NCBI GenBank assembly: GCA_033764965.1
Contig: JANRIN010000137.1
Span: forward strand, 6,212-70,211
Direction of reading: 5' to 3'
Source: Leptolyngbyaceae cyanobacterium bins.302
GTDB taxonomy: Bacteria; Cyanobacteriota; Cyanobacteriia; Leptolyngbyales; Leptolyngbyaceae
Length of the DNA: 64,000 bases
Part shown: piece after piece, positions 59,157-64,000 of the stretch
Position numbering within the stretch: position 1 is the stretch's first letter
Layout: each line of letters starts with the position of its first letter
Notes under the pieces: generated by a model
The model's input: only the letters and a program-made list of their open reading frames with translations
The model's database searches: none
Told to the model about the DNA's origin: nothing
Program-made: the position numbers and the translations under genes

Positions 59157-59519
59157 ATGAAACGAGGAGACGTTTTCATGGCACGGCTCGACCCTACTGA
59201 GGGATCTGAGCAAGCCAGAACTCGTTCTGTCATTATTGTAAGCTGAGACGCTCTCAATAACAGCAGTCCAGTCGTGCTGGCAGTTCCATGCACAACCTAT
59301 CGGACTGGTAAGAGAGTATATCCAACCCAGGTGCTGATTCAAGCTCCTGATGGAGGTTTAGCTCGTGATTCAGTTGCGTTAGGGGAGCAAGTTCGTGTCT
59401 TAGCAAAAACCAGGTTATTTGAGCTTTGCGGAGAATTATCGCAGACTGCTCTAGTTGAACTCAATCAGGCGTTGTTGATAGCCCTGGATTTAGTCGTTCT
59501 ATCGAACGAAGAGCCATAA
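59157..59519 (+). pseudogene. mazF: PemK/MazF toxin with in-frame stop
   Basis: MKRGDVFMARLDPTEGSEQARTRSVIIVS*DALN...VPCTT...DSVALGEQVR; TGA at 59244-59246, and the conserved RP reads RS. Confidence 0.85.
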
Positions 59520-59538
59520 ACTAACCCAGATTATGACA

Positions 59539-61419
59539 TTAACCACCCCAACTGAAAGCCAGTCTGACATCCACTCCCACTGGAATTGGTGCAAGGATGG
59601 GCTGCGCGGCATTCAGCATGGCTTGCTCTAGCAACCTTGCGACTGCTTGACCCATTTCAACGGGGCACTCAATCAGGAGTTCATCATGCACCATGCCAAT
59701 AAAAACCGCACCGATGGGCAACAGTGGGTGTAGAGTCGCTATTGCCAGCTTGATGATGTCAGCATTGGTGCCTTGGACTGGATAATTCAGGATCTCGTTG
59801 GGGTCAAGTTTACCGTCCTTCAACCACACTCGTCGCCGTCCTGCTAATGTGTACCAGATGCGTTGTTTGCGAATATAAATCGCACGTTTAACCCGCTCAT
59901 GCCACTGTCGGATACCCGGATAAAGTTGAAAGAATTGACGGCTAAAAGTTTTCGCCTCTGCCAGGTTCATCGTTACACCGTATTTCACCAGGGCAGTACT
60001 TTGAAGTTTCTTCGCCCCCATGCCATAAATCAGCCCAAAGTTGATGACTTTTCCCAATCGGCGCTCTCCATCGGTCACCGCTTTAATCGGTTTATGCAGC
60101 AGAAAAGCAGCCGTCAGACAGTGTAAGTCTTCACCCTGCTCAAAGGCTTGCTGCATCCGCAGATCGCCACTAATCTTGGCAACCAGACGCAACTCCATCT
60201 GAGAGTAATCGCCCCGCACCATGACGTTACCGGGAGCCACAACAAAGCAATGGCGAATATCACATCGGTGCGGAATGGTCTGTAGCGGTGGACTTTTGCA
60301 ACTGGCGCGACCAGAGCGAGTTCCAAGTTGGAAATAGGTTGGATGTAGCCGCCCAGTCACAGGATGGACCTGTTGAGTTAACGGATGGATAAAACTCGTC
60401 AGGAGTTTAGTAACTGAGCGATAGGCTAGTAGAGTCGCGATCGCAGGATGACGATCCACCAGGGGAGCCAGATGGGCAGCATTCGTAGATTTCAATGTAA
60501 TCCCCTTATTGCCCAGTGCTGCTTTCACTTGCTGGCTAGAGTTGGGATTAAAATCGCTGCAACTGGTAACGTGAGAACCGCCAAACAGATTAACCTGTTG
60601 CAGCGGTTGGGAAGACTCAATTCCCAGGTGTCGGGTGAGGGTCGCGCATAACCCGGTCTGCTGCCCGGACAGTTCCTTCTCCAACACCTGCCACTGCGTC
60701 TGATCAAGCTGAACTCCAGCCAGTTCCATCTGGGCAAAGGCGGGCATTGCCTGACATTCCAACTGGCTGATTTTCCACAAGTTGGCTTGCTTCAGCTTCT
60801 GTGCCAAAATTTGACCCAGGGGCAGTAGGATGGCAGCATCGATCGCAGCATACTGAAGTTGTTCTAGACTCAGCTCTAACCTAGAGAAATCACTCTGTTG
60901 TTTCGATTTGTCGAGGGACACGCCCAATAACTTTTGGGCAATCGCTTTCAGGCTACTGGACGTTTTAATCCCACTGACCCACACTTTGTAGGCAAGTTGC
61001 GTGTCGAAAAAGGGTCCAACGAGGGACAGTCCAACCTCAGTGAGAAACTGCCAATCAAATTTGGCATTATGGAGAATTTTCAACGCTGAGTTTTGCAGCA
61101 ATTGTTTGAGAGGATCAGACCGGATTAAATCAATCTGAAAGCAGTCTATCAGTACCACAGGCTGACCTTTAGCGGCAATTTGAATCAGTCGAAGTTGATG
61201 AAGTTGGGGGTCAATTCCTGTGGTCTCCGTATCGATCGCCAGAATTTTGGCAGCAAGAAACGGCGTGATCGCAATCTCCAATTCTGCTAAGTTAGTGATC
61301 AGTCGGTAGGGACACTGTAAGAGTGCTGTAGGAGATGGAATAGCTGAAAGCGATTGCGGTTGCCCCTGGCGCTGTGCCCGGAGCGTCTCTTTGTAAGTAT
61401 AAAAACTCGTATCAACCAT
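59539..61419 (-). CDS. Family A DNA polymerase (3'-5' exonuclease + polymerase, no 5'-3' exonuclease)
   Basis: AIDTETTG, HNAKFD, YAAIDA exonuclease motifs; DYSQMELR, R..GK.INFGLIYG, NYPVQGT.ADI, VHDE polymerase motifs. Confidence 0.92.
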   Translation of the reverse strand: MVDTSFYTYKETLRAQRQGQPQSLSAIPSPTALLQCPYRLITNLAELEIAITPFLAAKILAIDTETTGIDPQLHQLRLIQIAAKGQPVVLIDCFQIDLIRSDPLKQLLQNSALKILHNAKFDWQFLTEVGLSLVGPFFDTQLAYKVWVSGIKTSSSLKAIAQKLLGVSLDKSKQQSDFSRLELSLEQLQYAAIDAAILLPLGQILAQKLKQANLWKISQLECQAMPAFAQMELAGVQLDQTQWQVLEKELSGQQTGLCATLTRHLGIESSQPLQQVNLFGGSHVTSCSDFNPNSSQQVKAALGNKGITLKSTNAAHLAPLVDRHPAIATLLAYRSVTKLLTSFIHPLTQQVHPVTGRLHPTYFQLGTRSGRASCKSPPLQTIPHRCDIRHCFVVAPGNVMVRGDYSQMELRLVAKISGDLRMQQAFEQGEDLHCLTAAFLLHKPIKAVTDGERRLGKVINFGLIYGMGAKKLQSTALVKYGVTMNLAEAKTFSRQFFQLYPGIRQWHERVKRAIYIRKQRIWYTLAGRRRVWLKDGKLDPNEILNYPVQGTNADIIKLAIATLHPLLPIGAVFIGMVHDELLIECPVEMGQAVARLLEQAMLNAAQPILAPIPVGVDVRLAFSWGG

Positions 61420-61465
61420 AGCTGTGAAGCTCTCGGACGGTCGCTACGAGGGCAGCGGTAGCAGT

Positions 61466-62238
61466 TTATTTCGTCCGCTGATACCGCTCAAACAAGTGAG
61501 ATTTGAGCGCACGGCTGGTTGCTTCGGTGCGAGTATCTGCACAGAGTTTTCGGAGAATATTTCCGACATGAGACTTGACCGTGCCAGCACTGATGAACAG
61601 TTGCTGCCCAATCTGGGGATTACTGAGTCCCTCTGCCATCAGCTCTAGCACCTGCACTTCTCGCCTGGTTAACGGCTCTACTTCGATCGGTTTTACAACT
61701 GAGTTAATTCAGTTGTAAAACCATTGGCAGAAGCAGGTGCAGATCTCGATGCACGATCAGTTTCTTGAGAGCTACTTAATTGAGTCTGGCGTTGGTTCGC
61801 TAGATTGAGTTGATACTGTCGCAGCACAATCTTGGCGATCGCTGGATCAATCCAGTGATTGCCTTCATAGGTTTGCTCCAGTGCCAGCCCAATCACTCTG
61901 ATTGAGTTGTCCTTCATGCAATAGGAATCGGCTCCCGCTTCAAACGCTGACAGAACATGCGCTTCGTCTGCACTCACGGTCAGCATCATCACTTTAACGT
62001 GAGGATACTGGCGCTTGATCTGCTGGGTCACGTCGATCCCACTCATTCCTGGCAACCCCAGGTCTACTATCGCTACATCCGGTTGCCGCGTCTTGATCAG
62101 TGCCAGTCCCCGCTCACCCGTCTCTGCTTCCCCGATCACCTCAAGTTTGGGGTTGTGCTTAGGAAGTCCCAGCATTAAGCCAAACCGGGCAAGTTCTTGA
62201 TCCTCAATCAAAATAATCCCAATCTTACGACCTGTCAT
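61466..62238 (-). pseudogene. NarL/LuxR-family response regulator split by a frameshift in the linker
   Basis: REC domain (IEDQ, VDLGLP, MLT, MK) stops at 61693. The LuxR HTH (PLTRREVQVLELMAEGLSNPQIG..LFISAGTVKSHV) continues in another frame. Confidence 0.8.
61689..61722. repeat. 34-bp near-perfect palindrome
   Basis: GGTTTTACAACTGA-GTTAAT-TCAGTTGTAAAACC: perfect 14-bp arms around a 6-bp centre. Confidence 0.9.
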
Positions 62239-64000
62239 GGTCTTACCTTTTGTTTACTGTTCAAATTTGTATTAGTCGATTGCACCCAGGATTCAATTTG
62301 CAGGAGTTCCTGACGGCACTTCTCCAACAGCGCTCGTCCCCGCACCAACATTGGACGAGGCTGTTTTGCTAGGACTTCAAGTTGGTCAGTCAGTCGGGTT
62401 AAGGAAGCACTTCTGACAACTGCACAAGCACCACGAAACCGATGACTGAACCGGGCAACAGCACCCCAATCCCGTTGCATCAGGGCACGATCGAGGGCAG
62501 CAATCTCTTGTTGGGCAATCTTGACGAACTTTTGTACAACCTGCAACACGGTTCCTCGTTCTCCAAAAGACTCCAGCAATTGCCGCATATCAATTGGTAC
62601 GGACACATCGCTCTGGATGAGTGCAGTTGACTGACCCCAGCGTTGCAACATCCTACCCAGTTCCGCCTGGGAAACTGGCTTGCTCAGATAGTCGTTCATC
62701 CCCGCCTCCAGGCAGCGTTGCCGTTCTTCAGACTGGGCATGAGCGGTCAAGGCAATGATGGGGAGTGAGGCATACTGGGGACTACGGCGAATGATGCGAG
62801 TCGTACTGTAGCCATCTAACCTCGGCATCTGACAATCCATCAGGATCAGATCAAAGGGCTGATGATGCAACTTCTTCAAAGCTTCTCGTCCCGTGCTGGC
62901 AACCTCAGCTTGATGTCCTAGCCGCTGCAAGTGGTGCTGCATCACAAACTGATTGACCGGATCATCTTCAACCAGCAAGATGTTCAAAGGGTGGACAACA
63001 GCGTCTACTGGCACGATCACCGCAACTGGTTCTAACCGTGGTTCAGACTGCCCAACCTCAAATCGTGTAGTAAACCAGAAACAGGAACCCTTGCCCAACT
63101 GACTCTTGAAGTCGATCCGTCCACCCATCTGCTTGACCAGTTGGCGGGAAATGGCTAACCCTAATCCAGTGCCTCCATGTTGACGAGTGTAGGAGGGATC
63201 AACCTGGGAGAAGGCGCGAAACAGTTTAGCGGTGTCGCGTCGGGCAATCCCAATGCCAGTATCAGTGATCTCAAACCGTAGCACTGCCTCCTCTTGCCGG
63301 GTATCGGCACTGATGGTCAGGCTAACCTGTCCACGGCAGGGAGTGAATTTAACTGCATTCCCCAGCAGGTTGAACAAGACTTGCTTCAGGCGATAGGCAT
63401 CTCCTCGTAGGCGATTGGGAAGGGTTCCTTTGGCATGAACAGTCAATTGGATCAACTTCTCGAATGCTTGATGCTCTATCACTCCTAGGACTTCATTAAT
63501 ACAGCGATCCAGGTCAAACCATTGTTCATCGAGATCAAGTTTGCCTGCCTCCAGTTTGGAGAAATCCAGGATGTCATTGATCACCTTCAGTAGGTGCTGG
63601 GAGTTAGAGTAGATGATTTGGACAAATTGGTGCTGTTCAGCAGTCAAATTGTCCCCTAGCAGCAATTCTGCACTGCCCAGCACACCGACCATTGGAGTCC
63701 GAATTTCATGGCTCATATTGGCAAGAAACTGAGACTTGGTCTGAGCCGTTTCCAGGGCAGATTCCCGTGCTTCAATCAGTTGGTCGATTGGTTGGACAAA
63801 TAGGACGCTCCCACCAACTTGCCCGTCCTGATACCAGGGCTGCACCGTCCATTTGAGCCAGTGGTTTGTGCCGTTCTTCAGTAGAATTGGGTCTTCAGCG
63901 TGATGGGTCACTTTGCCCTGGACAGCTTGCGCGTGTCCGTCCTTCCAGTGATCAGGCACGCCTGACTCACTGTTACCAACCGATTCCCCCAAGAATTTCA
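62235..64000 (-). CDS. Hybrid sensor histidine kinase (PAS-HisKA-HATPase-REC-Hpt), 5' end outside window
   Basis: FLANMSHEIRTP, NLLGNAVKFT, DTGIGI, GGTGLGLAI, LMDCQMP, Hpt H.FRG; frame open to the window edge. Confidence 0.92.
   Translation of the reverse strand, partial: KFLGESVGNSESGVPDHWKDGHAQAVQGKVTHHAEDPILLKNGTNHWLKWTVQPWYQDGQVGGSVLFVQPIDQLIEARESALETAQTKSQFLANMSHEIRTPMVGVLGSAELLLGDNLTAEQHQFVQIIYSNSQHLLKVINDILDFSKLEAGKLDLDEQWFDLDRCINEVLGVIEHQAFEKLIQLTVHAKGTLPNRLRGDAYRLKQVLFNLLGNAVKFTPCRGQVSLTISADTRQEEAVLRFEITDTGIGIARRDTAKLFRAFSQVDPSYTRQHGGTGLGLAISRQLVKQMGGRIDFKSQLGKGSCFWFTTRFEVGQSEPRLEPVAVIVPVDAVVHPLNILLVEDDPVNQFVMQHHLQRLGHQAEVASTGREALKKLHHQPFDLILMDCQMPRLDGYSTTRIIRRSPQYASLPIIALTAHAQSEERQRCLEAGMNDYLSKPVSQAELGRMLQRWGQSTALIQSDVSVPIDMRQLLESFGERGTVLQVVQKFVKIAQQEIAALDRALMQRDWGAVARFSHRFRGACAVVRSASLTRLTDQLEVLAKQPRPMLVRGRALLEKCRQELLQIESWVQSTNTNLNSKQKVRP

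Larger units (their letters stand above)
40200..61462 (-). promoter_or_regulatory. Dispersed upstream motif GCTACCGC-N11/12-GAYGWT (copies at 40200, 40702, 41880, 44023, 47683, 61455; variants at 44333, 52503)
   Basis: Plus-strand GCGGTAGC lies 32-36 nt from minus-strand start codons in 7 cases (including the 2 variants) and 49 nt in one. The second box is clear in 5 copies. The span covers dispersed sites, not one element. Confidence 0.7.

Noticed and set aside
10772-59246. In-frame stops in two transposases and mazF as stop-codon recoding
   Set aside because: Different stop codons are involved (TAG, TGA), each is one substitution from the expected sense codon, and intact genes use these stops normally; ordinary pseudogenisation explains them.
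1-64000. Very frequent GCGATCGC / CGATCG as a novel repeat
   Set aside because: This is the known cyanobacterial HIP1 octamer; it was used only as a host and amelioration marker.

Overview
A 64-kb segment of a large cyanobacterial conjugative plasmid (or ICE); the host assignment rests on abundant HIP1 GCGATCGC sites and cyanobacteria-type gene families. In order: a repeat-rich putative origin between an HTH protein and an AEP-type replicase (0.5-4.9 kb); a CHAT-AAA / AAA-CHASE2 pair; two IS elements with nonsense-broken transposases; RecD2; a nuclease-STAND defence candidate; a divergent cyanobacterial-type T4SS (19-29 kb); then a long, mostly minus-strand block with a PRTRC ubiquitin-like cassette, Gp157, RecG, SF2 helicase, primase, relaxase/oriT, ParM, a Klenow-like DNA polymerase and a two-component pair. 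The main candidate new system: the T4SS operon ends in a 1100-aa single-subunit two-barrel RNA polymerase-like protein (DFDGD plus RdRP/YonO-type motifs in order) with a basic C-terminal tail, and 6-8 DNA-metabolism and unknown genes carry a shared upstream motif (GCTACCGC, often followed 11-12 nt later by GAYGWT) at a near-fixed distance from their start codons. This suggests a plasmid-private, possibly conjugatively delivered transcription system. All family calls come from motif recognition by eye; no database searches were run.
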